Source of the DNA: Candidatus Buchananbacteria bacterium RIFCSPHIGHO2_01_FULL_44_11
GTDB taxonomy: Bacteria > Patescibacteriota > Patescibacteriia > Buchananbacterales > UBA6539
Direction: 5' to 3'
DNA: 64,000 nt
NCBI GenBank assembly: GCA_001817345.1
Contig: MHIE01000019.1
Coordinates: 10,380-74,379 of the forward strand
Made by a program: the position numbers and the translations under genes. Shown here in pieces: positions 18,600 to 27,984 of this stretch; the first letter of the stretch is position 1; each line of letters starts with the position of its first letter. The notes beneath the pieces were generated by a model. That model had not been told where the DNA came from. It did no database searches and worked only from the letters and a program-made list of their open reading frames with translations.

Positions 18600-19019
18600 T
18601 TAATCAGAATCTATAAAATTTTTTATGTTCTGGACAATACTTTCTACTTCACTAGACGCATAAGATTTTCCGGTCCAAAGTTTGTGGCCATCACCGGCAA
18701 ACCTCGGAATAATATGAAAATGCAAATGGAGCACTGCTTGTCCAGCCAGTTCCCCGCTGTTTATAGTCAAATTAGCATCAGCCGCGCCAACACCGTTAAG
18801 CACTGCTGGATAGATTTTTTTTATCACTTTAATTAAATCAACGAAAGTTGCCTCAGTCGTGTCAGCGATATTTTCCGAATGGACTTTAGACACAACCAGA
18901 GTGTGACCGGGATTAATCGGATTAATGTCTAAAAAGGCCAAAATATTTTGGTCTTCATAGACTTTATAAGCTGGCAACTCACCGGCAACAATTTTACAAA
19001 AAATACAATCTTTTTTCAT
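18600..19019 (-). CDS. HIT family (histidine triad) hydrolase
   Basis: CIFCKI N-terminus and HLHFHIIPR histidine triad. Confidence 0.85.
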   Translation of the reverse strand: MKKDCIFCKIVAGELPAYKVYEDQNILAFLDINPINPGHTLVVSKVHSENIADTTEATFVDLIKVIKKIYPAVLNGVGAADANLTINSGELAGQAVLHLHFHIIPRFAGDGHKLWTGKSYASSEVESIVQNIKNFIDSD

Positions 19020-19028
19020 ATCCTTGAG

Positions 19029-20645
19029 TTAAGGTTTTTGATTAACATAGAGGTAATCAATGTTAGACATCAGACCGTTAACTTTTTGTCGGTCAATCAC
19101 ATTATAGCCAGGGATCTCAGAAAAAGCAACGATATAATCCATCGGCTGACCGCGAAAAATAGTCTGAATATACCAGGGTGTCCACTCTGGACTCCGGCCG
19201 GAATAAAATTGATTTTTCTCTGACGCCCCTAGCGCCCAACCGTCCCATTCAACGCCGGCGTCAATCCGGTGGGCGGCAATGTTTTTTTCTTTAACTAACC
19301 GGTCAGCGGCAGTCCATCGGGCCTGATTCCAGGCTAAATAATTATAGGTACCAATTAAACTGTAAAACAAAAATGGTATTAAAAAGATGGTAAAGACTGT
19401 TTTTGACCACCGGCAATGCTGCAGAATAAATCCGGCGAAAATTAAAAGGCTTGGCAGCAATAGAAGCAAATAACGATCAAAAGAACTGAGGGGTAAAATA
19501 AATAAAAAATACAGTTCGCCAAAAACCAAAAAAATCCAGGCTGTCACTTGGTTTTTTTCAATTGTCTTGAAAGTCTTAGCGGCTAAAAAAATATTAAACG
19601 GTAAGGCCGCGCCTAAAATAAAGTTAATGATTAGGTAGACATTGCGGCCGCCCCAGGCGTTAATCTGACCCTGAAGAAAACCAAAGCTTGGGCCTAAACC
19701 CCACCAGTTAATGATACTGCCAAGATCTAAAAAAGTATGATGATTAAAATGTAAAATGGCGGTGATGGCTAAAGAAATCAAAAGCAGTAAAATCAAAACT
19801 TTATCTTTCAGCCACTGCCGGTTATTGACCATAACTGAAAAACTAACGGGCAGTAAAAATAATGAGATGAATAAACCGTGACCCCAAAAATTCAATAAAT
19901 AGTGCTGCCAAACTGACAAAGCTGAGGGTAAAATTACGGCGCCAATAGACAGGGGCAATAAATTGAAATAGCTTAATCCGCCATAGACACCAAACAAAAT
20001 AGCGATAGGCAAACCAAATAGCCAAATGGCCGGACGCCACCCATGCCGGTTTTGCCAAAGCCAATACCCAGCCGCGATAAATAACAGTAAGCCGACAAAC
20101 TGCCGGGTATAAAAACCAAAGACGGTAAGACTGGAAGCAAAGAAAATGAACCAGTTGTTATTTTCTTTGAAGCCGCGATGATAAAAAAACAAAGCCGTCA
20201 CTAAAAAAAATAGCGCCGGGACATCACTCATAAACGTATGAGACAAACTGAAAAAAATTGGGTTAAACCAAAGCAATAAGCTCAATAAAAAACTGGCCGG
20301 CGGCGGGTTTTTTAAATGACGCAAAAAACGGTAAAATATTATTACCGTAAAAAATCCCAGGATTAGATTACTTAGACGCAGCAAAAAAAACGAAAAGCCA
20401 AAAAGTTTACCCAAGCCAATGCCATATAAGATCGGCACGTGCAAAAAACTGGCTAATAACGGGGAATAAAAAAAATCACCATCCGCTAAATAGGAGTGAA
20501 TGGTCAAACTATGAACCCAGTCGTCAATGAGGGGAAATTCGCCAAAAGGCCTGACGAATAAAAAGGCGCCGATAAAAATAAGAAAAAAGGCGGCATAGGC
20601 CAGCCGGTCAACGGGCGAAAAAAATTTCAAACGTTCCTCCGGCAT
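19029..20645 (-). CDS. Polytopic membrane protein, GT-C-type (ArnT/PMT-like) glycosyltransferase candidate
   Basis: 538 aa with >10 predicted TM helices and an N-terminal DxD-like loop. Confidence 0.45.
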   Translation of the reverse strand: MPEERLKFFSPVDRLAYAAFFLIFIGAFLFVRPFGEFPLIDDWVHSLTIHSYLADGDFFYSPLLASFLHVPILYGIGLGKLFGFSFFLLRLSNLILGFFTVIIFYRFLRHLKNPPPASFLLSLLLWFNPIFFSLSHTFMSDVPALFFLVTALFFYHRGFKENNNWFIFFASSLTVFGFYTRQFVGLLLFIAAGYWLWQNRHGWRPAIWLFGLPIAILFGVYGGLSYFNLLPLSIGAVILPSALSVWQHYLLNFWGHGLFISLFLLPVSFSVMVNNRQWLKDKVLILLLLISLAITAILHFNHHTFLDLGSIINWWGLGPSFGFLQGQINAWGGRNVYLIINFILGAALPFNIFLAAKTFKTIEKNQVTAWIFLVFGELYFLFILPLSSFDRYLLLLLPSLLIFAGFILQHCRWSKTVFTIFLIPFLFYSLIGTYNYLAWNQARWTAADRLVKEKNIAAHRIDAGVEWDGWALGASEKNQFYSGRSPEWTPWYIQTIFRGQPMDYIVAFSEIPGYNVIDRQKVNGLMSNIDYLYVNQKP

Positions 20646-20648
20646 AAC

Positions 20649-21146
20649 TTAATCCGCTTGCCAGTCAAAACTAATTTTTGAATCGTCAAAAGCGATTCGC
20701 TCTTCGTCGGGATTTTTAGGGTTATAAGACTTGGTCGTGTGATAAAAAAGTAAAACCGGCTCTTGACCAATGACTTTGTAACCGTGAGCCACGCCGACCG
20801 GGATTAAAACCAATTTATATTTATCGCTGCCGGCATAAATGACCTGGGTTTGGCCCTGGGTCGCTGAATTTGGCCTTAAATCGTAAAGAACAATCTTAGC
20901 CTGGCCGGAGGCGACAAACCACAAATCAGCCTGATTTTTATGCCAATGAAAGGCCTTAATCGCCCCGGGGTAAGCGACGGTAAAAGTTGATTGACCGAAC
21001 TCTTGAAGTAAATTTTCATCCTGGCGCAAAACTTCCATGAGAAAGCCGGGCTGTTCCCCGGCCAACTGAACCGCATCAGCAATGTCTTGATGAACCGTCA
21101 AATTTTTTATTTTTACTCCTTCAATCATTGTGGTGTTAACTGTCAA
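20649..21146 (-). CDS. RmlC-like cupin (dTDP-4-dehydrorhamnose 3,5-epimerase / sugar ketoisomerase-like)
   Basis: 165 aa cupin with HWH and C-terminal YNPKNPDEERIAFDD, resembling the RmlC family. Confidence 0.55.
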   Translation of the reverse strand: MTVNTTMIEGVKIKNLTVHQDIADAVQLAGEQPGFLMEVLRQDENLLQEFGQSTFTVAYPGAIKAFHWHKNQADLWFVASGQAKIVLYDLRPNSATQGQTQVIYAGSDKYKLVLIPVGVAHGYKVIGQEPVLLFYHTTKSYNPKNPDEERIAFDDSKISFDWQAD

Positions 21147-21149
21147 ATG

Positions 21150-21347
21150 TTAATTGTCAATTATTGATATTATACCGGCAACTAGACTGATAAGCAAGAA
21201 CCAAACGGGATTAAACCAGGTTGTCACAAAACCGGGCTGCCAGAGCTCCAATAAAAACAAAATGACAAAAACAATAAAAAAGAAACGGAAAAATATTTCG
21301 CTCAAAGCGACAAAAAAATTTTCATTGTTTTCTTTGAATAATTTCAT
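21150..21347 (-). CDS. Small hydrophobic protein (operonic, 4-nt overlaps)
   Basis: 65 aa with two TM segments and translationally coupled neighbours. Confidence 0.3.
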   Translation of the reverse strand: MKLFKENNENFFVALSEIFFRFFFIVFVILFLLELWQPGFVTTWFNPVWFLLISLVAGIISIIDN

Positions 21348-21853
21348 CTCAGTAAAGTCACAGCTAAGGCTTTGATTTTCAACTGATCCTGGGGTTGACC
21401 GCTGGTGGAGATTAAAAACCGAGTCAGGTTTTTTGGTTTTAGCAAAATTTGCAAATCAAAATAAAAAGTGGCTTTTTGCCAGCCGTCGGCCAGCGAAATG
21501 ACGCTGACCGGCTTAACTAAATAGTACTGCCAGCCCGGCCCGACCTGACCACCCAGCTCAATTAATTTTCTCTCCCCTTCTTGATAAATAAGTTCGATCC
21601 GCGCTTGTTTAAACCAAGGCAGGGTGCGGACGTCAAAATAAACCGGACTGTCTAAAATCAACTGATCATCGTTTTCTAATTTTTGCCTGGGCGGCGGCCC
21701 AATCTGAGAAATGGCCGGCCGATCTTCGCCCAGGCTTGCGGCAATCACCAAGGCATTATCGGCTGGGAAATTCAGGTTGAATAAAATTAAGCCGGCTAAA
21801 ATTGCACCCAGGATCAAAACATAGCTGATAAATTTTAACAAAATTTTTTTCAT
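21344..21853 (-). CDS. Hypothetical secreted/anchored protein
   Basis: N-terminal signal/TM; 169 aa. Confidence 0.4.
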   Translation of the reverse strand: MKKILLKFISYVLILGAILAGLILFNLNFPADNALVIAASLGEDRPAISQIGPPPRQKLENDDQLILDSPVYFDVRTLPWFKQARIELIYQEGERKLIELGGQVGPGWQYYLVKPVSVISLADGWQKATFYFDLQILLKPKNLTRFLISTSGQPQDQLKIKALAVTLLR

Positions 21854-21858
21854 TTAAT

Positions 21859-23526
21859 TTAATCAAGAATCACTTGGTAAAGTATCTCATGATCAAGTTT
21901 AAGAAGGGTTTTTAGCTTAAAGCCCTCGGTAAATTCCGTTGTCGGCTCCGGGCCCAGGGCAAAATAATAAACCGGCGCCAATTTAGCCAGCTCGGGAGTC
22001 AAAGTCAACAATTGTTTATTTAAAGACAAAGCGTCAAAAGTATGAATCACTTTCCGTTCGGGAAAAAATAACTTGTCCTTGCGAACGGTAATAATCACCG
22101 CCTCAGGCTCAGTGACCGAAATCACCTGGGCCGCGTCCTGACGATATTCCAAAATCCGCTGCCGGACCGGCAAGATACTATCGGGCTTAGCCCGTAAAAC
22201 TAAATCCGCCGACCGATAAAAAATAAAGGTTAAAACAATCAACAGAACCAGCCCGCTTAAACGCTTGGGGAAAAACTGAATCAACCAAAGCAGCGCTGTC
22301 GCCACTAAAGGCAGAGAAAACAGATAAATCGGCAGCCAATAGCGAACATAAGAAATACCTAGGGTATTTAAATTAAGGGTCAATTTGTCGGAAAATTCCC
22401 AGCTGCCGTAGTAAACCGCCAGAATAGCTGAGACCGCTAACCCAGCCAGGATATAAGCAAAAATTTCAGTTTTAGCACCCCGCCGCTGGCTTAAATAGAC
22501 GACCAGGCCCAAAATTGCCGGCAGCGCCAGCCACCAAAGTCTGAGGATAAAATGGGTTAAAAAATTATAACCAATCAAAAAAGGATGAAAACCAAAAGGC
22601 AAAATTAAAGACTGGACAGCCTGACAGGCCGAACAAACCGGTGCGCTATCATTCTGCAGCTGGTCATAGCCGGTGGAAAAAAAGCTGCCGTACAAAATAT
22701 AATTCTGATTGAAAGAAGGAATCAAAATCAAGACGACAATGGTCAGAAAAAGCGCCAAGCGCAAAGGTTTGATGCCGCGGCGCCAATAAAAAAATAAGGC
22801 AAAGAAAATAACCAAAAGCCAGATAATTTCCGAAGGCCGGATAGCGATCGCTAAACCGGCGAAAAGGGCGGATAAAATAAGCTGGTAAAAACCAATACCG
22901 CCGCTCAGTTGACCCCGGCCGACCAGCCGGCCCCAGGTGCCGTCATCAGCCAATTGGATTCTGGCACTGTGACTAACAATCAAAAAGTAAAGGCTAAAAA
23001 TAGTGCAAGCGATAAAAGCGACATTAGGCAGCATTGAAGTCAGCGAATAATACCACCAGGCCGGATGGAAAAACATGATGACCGCCGACAGCACTCCGAC
23101 TGGTTCGCTGAAAATCCGTCTGATGATGCCGTAAAATGCCAGAACCGCCAGAACTGACAAAATGGGCGTGAAATAAATCAAAGCCGCTTGGCTGAAAACT
23201 TTGACCAAGCTGCCATAAATTAGTATCAATCCCAAAAAACTGCCGGGCAAAAGCGAGCCGGAATCAGAAACGTTAAAACTGCGCGGATGAATTTGATTTT
23301 GGGCAACTGCATTTAAAGGCTCGGGAATAGAAAGCTGGCCGCTTTGAGCATATTGGTTAACCCAAAAATAATTGGCCACTTCATCCGGCCAGTCAAATTT
23401 ATAGCCGACAGGTTGGTCAAAATTTACCGGCGTTACCAGCCAAAAGTTAACTGCCAAGAAGATCAAAGCCAGCGGCAATAAAACTAAATTTTGTTTTTTT
23501 ATCATAATTTGCCAATCAGCGGTCAA
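21859..23526 (-). CDS. Polytopic membrane protein, GT-C-type glycosyltransferase candidate
   Basis: 555 aa, many TM helices, periplasmic C-terminal domain. Confidence 0.45.
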   Translation of the reverse strand: MTADWQIMIKKQNLVLLPLALIFLAVNFWLVTPVNFDQPVGYKFDWPDEVANYFWVNQYAQSGQLSIPEPLNAVAQNQIHPRSFNVSDSGSLLPGSFLGLILIYGSLVKVFSQAALIYFTPILSVLAVLAFYGIIRRIFSEPVGVLSAVIMFFHPAWWYYSLTSMLPNVAFIACTIFSLYFLIVSHSARIQLADDGTWGRLVGRGQLSGGIGFYQLILSALFAGLAIAIRPSEIIWLLVIFFALFFYWRRGIKPLRLALFLTIVVLILIPSFNQNYILYGSFFSTGYDQLQNDSAPVCSACQAVQSLILPFGFHPFLIGYNFLTHFILRLWWLALPAILGLVVYLSQRRGAKTEIFAYILAGLAVSAILAVYYGSWEFSDKLTLNLNTLGISYVRYWLPIYLFSLPLVATALLWLIQFFPKRLSGLVLLIVLTFIFYRSADLVLRAKPDSILPVRQRILEYRQDAAQVISVTEPEAVIITVRKDKLFFPERKVIHTFDALSLNKQLLTLTPELAKLAPVYYFALGPEPTTEFTEGFKLKTLLKLDHEILYQVILD

Positions 23527-23601
23527 AATCTAAAACTAGACCCTAACCTCCCTGCCTAGGCCGGAGTCCCTTACCAATAATTATACCAAAATTTAGCGAT
23601 T

Positions 23602-25761
23602 TTGTGGTATACTGACTCCATGGGAAAGATCAGCCAGGCGAAATATCTTATTATTACTGTCATCCTTTGCTCGGTTATAATTTTTAATTTTGTCCAATGG
23701 CAAAATCCCGGCCTCGGCACTTTTTTTGGCCTGCTTTATCTGATATTTTACAGTTTTATTTTTGGTTCAATCTTTATTTCTCCGGCTGGCTGGCCAGCTC
23801 TTTCGGCGGACAAAAGCGCCGCCGGCTGGCAATTAATTTTGGGCTTACCCCTGTTACTAAGTTTAATTGCTATCCTGGGCACGGTGGCAATTTATTTTTA
23901 TCAACTTAATGACCTGATTTTTGGCCTCCTGGTGGTAGCCATACCGCTAATTTTAGTTACTCCATATTACTATTCTACTCCGCCGCAAAAATTCAGCCTC
24001 AAAGAAACGATCCTCAAACACTTTGACAAAGTTTTAGAGCGCAAGGAAACCAAAGTTAACGTTATCTTAGTTTTTGGCTATCTGACCCTGGCTATTATTG
24101 CTTTCACGTTCCTTTGGTCTGGCCAAACCAGTCAGTCAATCCAAAGCCCCTGGCAGACGGTATTCAGTAAATTTTTCCTGGTCTATTTTTTGGCCACCCT
24201 GTTTCTCTTCACCTATATCCTATTATCCAAGAGAACCAAGCTGCCCTTAATTTTACTCATCGTCCATACTTTCTTAAGCACCTCAGTTGCCTTGATCGTC
24301 TACCAAATCGGTTATGGCTTTGATCCTTTTATCCACCAGGCAACTGAAGAAGTGATTAATCAAACCGGCACGATTAAGCCCACACCGCTTTATTACCTGG
24401 GCCAGTACGCTATTGTCGTTTTTTTGCATAAATTAACCTTGCTAAAAATCGTTTTCATTGATCAGTCGCTTGTCCCCCTGCTGGCGAGTTTGCTTTTGCC
24501 GACAACGACTTATTTTGTTTTTCACTATTGGCTGAAAAGACCTCAGGCCCTGACTCTGGCGATGCTGATGCTGGTTGTGCCTTATGGCGGCTTTATCATG
24601 ACCGCCCCGCAAAACCTGGCTAACTTGTTTTTTGTCATCACTATTCTTTTATCTTTACTTTACTTCCGCGGCCAAATTACCATCTCCATCTTCTATCTTT
24701 TGGCCGCCGCCACAATCGTCATCCACCCCCTGGCAGGATTACCGCTCCTGATCACTATCTTTTTATTCAACTTGTTCAAAGCTTTATACGACAGCTACAA
24801 ACGATACCTCGGCTTATTCTTTCTCACCGCCGTGGTTTTTGTTTTTGTCATGCCCCTGGCTTTTATTATCAACGATTCCGGCATAAACCTCGCTCGACCT
24901 AATTTAAGTTGGCACGCGCTCAATCCTTTAGCATGGGTCAATCGGTTTGATTTACCGCTTGATTTGGTATATTTAATTAACTTTAACCAGCTGATTTTAG
25001 CCCTATTGATTATTGGTACGGGCATTATTTATTTAAAAAAACATCAGCTCCTGAAAAACAATGCCGTTTATTTAATTGCCGCTTTGGTAATCTTGGCCAA
25101 TTTTTTTCTCGTCAAATATTTCCTGACTTTTCCTAGCCTGAGTGACTACGATAAAACTTATTTTGTCAACCGGCTGAGCCTCTTAGCCTTTTATGTTTTG
25201 CTGCCGATATTTTTAATCGGCCTGCATCTTATTATCAAAAGATTTTTTGGTCATGATATATTCGGTAAATTCTTCATTGTTTTAACCCTGAGCGGCTTAA
25301 TCACCGCTTCGCTCTATCTATCTTATCCGCGAGTCAACCTGTATGAGCCGGCTAAATTTTTCAGCGTTTCAGATTCCGACCTGAAAGCGGTCCGGCTGAT
25401 TGAACAAACCGCCAGCCCGCAACACGTGGTCTTGGCTAATCAAATGGTCGGAGTCGCAGCGATCAAAGAATTCGGCTTTAAACAGTATTACAACGGCCAA
25501 TTCTACTACTCCATGCCTAACGGTCCGGATAAAACCTTTTACGACTTGTATTTAGAGATGATTTATCAAGGAGCAAAAAAAGAAACCATGCTTAAAGCCA
25601 TGGCCGAAGCAAAAACCGATCAAGCCTATTTTGTTTTGAATCAATACTGGCGCGATTCAGAAAAAATCGCCGAACAAGCAAAGCAGTCGGCGGACAAAGT
25701 TTACTCAATTGATGAAGGTGAAATCTATATTTTTGAATACAACCTCGAAAATCCCGGCTAA
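23602..25761 (+). CDS. Large polytopic membrane protein (719 aa), GT-C / polymerase-like
   Basis: About 16 predicted TM helices plus a C-terminal soluble domain. Extended -10 (TGTGGTATACT) lies immediately upstream. Confidence 0.45.
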   Translation: MWYTDSMGKISQAKYLIITVILCSVIIFNFVQWQNPGLGTFFGLLYLIFYSFIFGSIFISPAGWPALSADKSAAGWQLILGLPLLLSLIAILGTVAIYFYQLNDLIFGLLVVAIPLILVTPYYYSTPPQKFSLKETILKHFDKVLERKETKVNVILVFGYLTLAIIAFTFLWSGQTSQSIQSPWQTVFSKFFLVYFLATLFLFTYILLSKRTKLPLILLIVHTFLSTSVALIVYQIGYGFDPFIHQATEEVINQTGTIKPTPLYYLGQYAIVVFLHKLTLLKIVFIDQSLVPLLASLLLPTTTYFVFHYWLKRPQALTLAMLMLVVPYGGFIMTAPQNLANLFFVITILLSLLYFRGQITISIFYLLAAATIVIHPLAGLPLLITIFLFNLFKALYDSYKRYLGLFFLTAVVFVFVMPLAFIINDSGINLARPNLSWHALNPLAWVNRFDLPLDLVYLINFNQLILALLIIGTGIIYLKKHQLLKNNAVYLIAALVILANFFLVKYFLTFPSLSDYDKTYFVNRLSLLAFYVLLPIFLIGLHLIIKRFFGHDIFGKFFIVLTLSGLITASLYLSYPRVNLYEPAKFFSVSDSDLKAVRLIEQTASPQHVVLANQMVGVAAIKEFGFKQYYNGQFYYSMPNGPDKTFYDLYLEMIYQGAKKETMLKAMAEAKTDQAYFVLNQYWRDSEKIAEQAKQSADKVYSIDEGEIYIFEYNLENPG

Positions 25762-26930
25762 ACCCGCAGCTGCAGCAGCTGCTTGATATAATTGGCGGTG
25801 GAAAAATTGCGAACGGAAATAAAACAATTTTTGCTCAGTTCATCAATCAATTCCGGGTGAGCCAAAAAATGCTCTAAAACCTCAACGAGGTTTTTTTCGT
25901 TACCCGGGATAAAGGTAAAGCCGTTGTAGTTATCTTTAACCAGCTCCCCAATGCCGCCGATGTCGGACGCAATCACCGGCACGTTAGCGACTAAACTGTC
26001 GTAAATCACGACCGGCGAATTTTCATAGCACAAAGACGGCACCACGGTTAAATCGGCCTGGCGGTAATAAGCCAAAAGCTTTTCGGGTTCAATGTAACCG
26101 GCTAAGCTGAAATGTTTGTCTGAACCGATACTTTTAGACAGCCCGGCCTGCATTGAGCCGCTGCCGACTATCGTCAAATGCCAATTATTTAATTTTAACT
26201 TTTGACAGGCGGCAATTAGTAAATCAATACCTTTGGCGCTTTCGAGTTGGCCGACATAAAGCAGATTAATCAGCTTGTCGGTTTTAGCCGCTGGGGCTAA
26301 TTTTTCCACTTTTTCAAAAACGATTGGATTAGGCAAAACCGCCTTTTTTGATTCATAAAAAAATCCCCTGACTTTGTAATAATCCAAAAGCCAGGCCGAA
26401 GGCGAAACAATGATATCGGGGTTGTTAAATAGCCAGCGGCAAATTTTTTCATAAAGTTTGTCAATCACTAAAAACGGTTTTTCTTTGTTGAAAAGGAGTA
26501 AACCGGAGGGCCGGGACAGTTGAACATCATGGATAGTGTGAATATGCTGAAAGCCAAGCTTTTTGATGACCCGCGGCACCAAATAACCGATGCCCTTAAG
26601 ATTATGGGTAATGACTAAATCCGGTTTTTCCTGTTTTAATATTTTTTTAACCAGATGACGGCCAAAAAAATTAAAAACGTCCAGCGGATGCCAAATCAGC
26701 CTGAGCCAAATTGGCCGTTTATTAATGTCCAAAAAAGAAAAAATATTCCTGGGGTTGACCCGGTAAATGGTCAGATTACCAAACTGAACCTTGTCATTTT
26801 TACGGCCCAAGGTAATTAAAATCACCTCGTGGTTAAGTTGCTTTAGCCCGTCAATCACCCGGTGGACAACGACTTCAACCCCGCCGCGGTAATAAGGCTC
26901 ATAAAGACTGTTAATCAGACAAATTTTCAT
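25758..26930 (-). CDS. Glycosyltransferase family 4 (GT-B)
   Basis: N-terminal GT4 domain plus C-terminal EX7E-type motif region. Confidence 0.8.
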   Translation of the reverse strand: MKICLINSLYEPYYRGGVEVVVHRVIDGLKQLNHEVILITLGRKNDKVQFGNLTIYRVNPRNIFSFLDINKRPIWLRLIWHPLDVFNFFGRHLVKKILKQEKPDLVITHNLKGIGYLVPRVIKKLGFQHIHTIHDVQLSRPSGLLLFNKEKPFLVIDKLYEKICRWLFNNPDIIVSPSAWLLDYYKVRGFFYESKKAVLPNPIVFEKVEKLAPAAKTDKLINLLYVGQLESAKGIDLLIAACQKLKLNNWHLTIVGSGSMQAGLSKSIGSDKHFSLAGYIEPEKLLAYYRQADLTVVPSLCYENSPVVIYDSLVANVPVIASDIGGIGELVKDNYNGFTFIPGNEKNLVEVLEHFLAHPELIDELSKNCFISVRNFSTANYIKQLLQLRV

Positions 26931-27045
26931 AGCTTAATATTATTTGTCATTCCATCTTAATAAAATATAACAAAGTTGATATTGTAATTTTATGGCATTT
27001 TGGCTAAAATATCAATGGGATTCGCATAATACTAGTTAGACAAAA

Positions 27046-27516
27046 TTGCCATTAACCCTTCCGGAAAATTTAATGAATAATAGCACTAAAACTAAGAATA
27101 TGAAGATTGGAATAATTAGCTCAATGCAAAATACCGAAAAAATGGTCGAGATAAGAGACCAACTTAACAGGATCGGCCATGAGGCATTCATAACAGAATT
27201 CCATTATGCTTTCATTGGTAAAAGTAATGAAGAAAAAGATAATATCAAAAAAGAACAACGAGGAGGAGAAATTGATACAATCAGGGAATTCTGGAATCTG
27301 ATGCAAGGAGCAGACGCCGTTCTTGTCCTAAATTTAGATAAACGTGGAATAAAGAACTATATAGGAGCCAACACTCTTATGGAAATTGGTTTTGCTCATG
27401 TCCTCCTTCAGAAAATATTTTTCTATAATCCAATACCTGATATGCCTTATTGTAAAGAAGAATTGGAAGCTGTACATCCAATTATCATCAATGGAGATCT
27501 CTCTTTAATTAAATAG
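27046..27516 (+). CDS. Nucleoside 2-deoxyribosyltransferase-like (Rossmann) protein, AT-rich gene
   Basis: KIGIISSMQ ... DAVLVLNLDKRGIKNYIGANTLMEIGFAH resembles the NDT family DxGTxxExG motif. Probable start at MKIGII. Confidence 0.4.
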   Translation: MPLTLPENLMNNSTKTKNMKIGIISSMQNTEKMVEIRDQLNRIGHEAFITEFHYAFIGKSNEEKDNIKKEQRGGEIDTIREFWNLMQGADAVLVLNLDKRGIKNYIGANTLMEIGFAHVLLQKIFFYNPIPDMPYCKEELEAVHPIIINGDLSLIK

Positions 27517-27600
27517 ACGGGCTATCTAGTCTCACTAATAAATACCAAAAAAGCCGCTGGGATAACCAACGGCTCAGTCAAAAATATCCAATCCGATTAA

Positions 27601-27984
27601 CTAATCAAGCGTCTTTCTCAATTGTAGTGAATTTAGAATAATAAAAGTCAAAGTACCAATACTGTCAACGCCAACATCAAGTAAACTGGCCGACCGACCC
27701 TTGATAAAACTCTGATGCCACTCATCGGTGGCGGCGGACAAAACAGCTAAAAACAAAGCTAAGACTAATCGCTTTTTAGAGCTTAAGCGATACTGACCCA
27801 AGGCCCGAAACAACAAAAAAGTCAAAACAAAATACTCAGCCATATGAGCGATTTTGCGAAAAATCAAATCCCAGAATGGCTCAAGCTCTGATTTTAAATC
27901 CGGCTGGTGGGAAAAATAATAAATCACCCCAAGCCATAAAATTACCACCAGCCAATTAATGAATTGTTTTGTTCTTAGTGTCAT
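27601..27984 (-). CDS. VanZ-like membrane protein
   Basis: Four TM segments and DEWHQSF...R motif. The N-terminus overlaps the terminal IR of the adjacent GIY-YIG element (ATG supplied by cgcaATGACac). Confidence 0.55.
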   Translation of the reverse strand: MTLRTKQFINWLVVILWLGVIYYFSHQPDLKSELEPFWDLIFRKIAHMAEYFVLTFLLFRALGQYRLSSKKRLVLALFLAVLSAATDEWHQSFIKGRSASLLDVGVDSIGTLTFIILNSLQLRKTLD

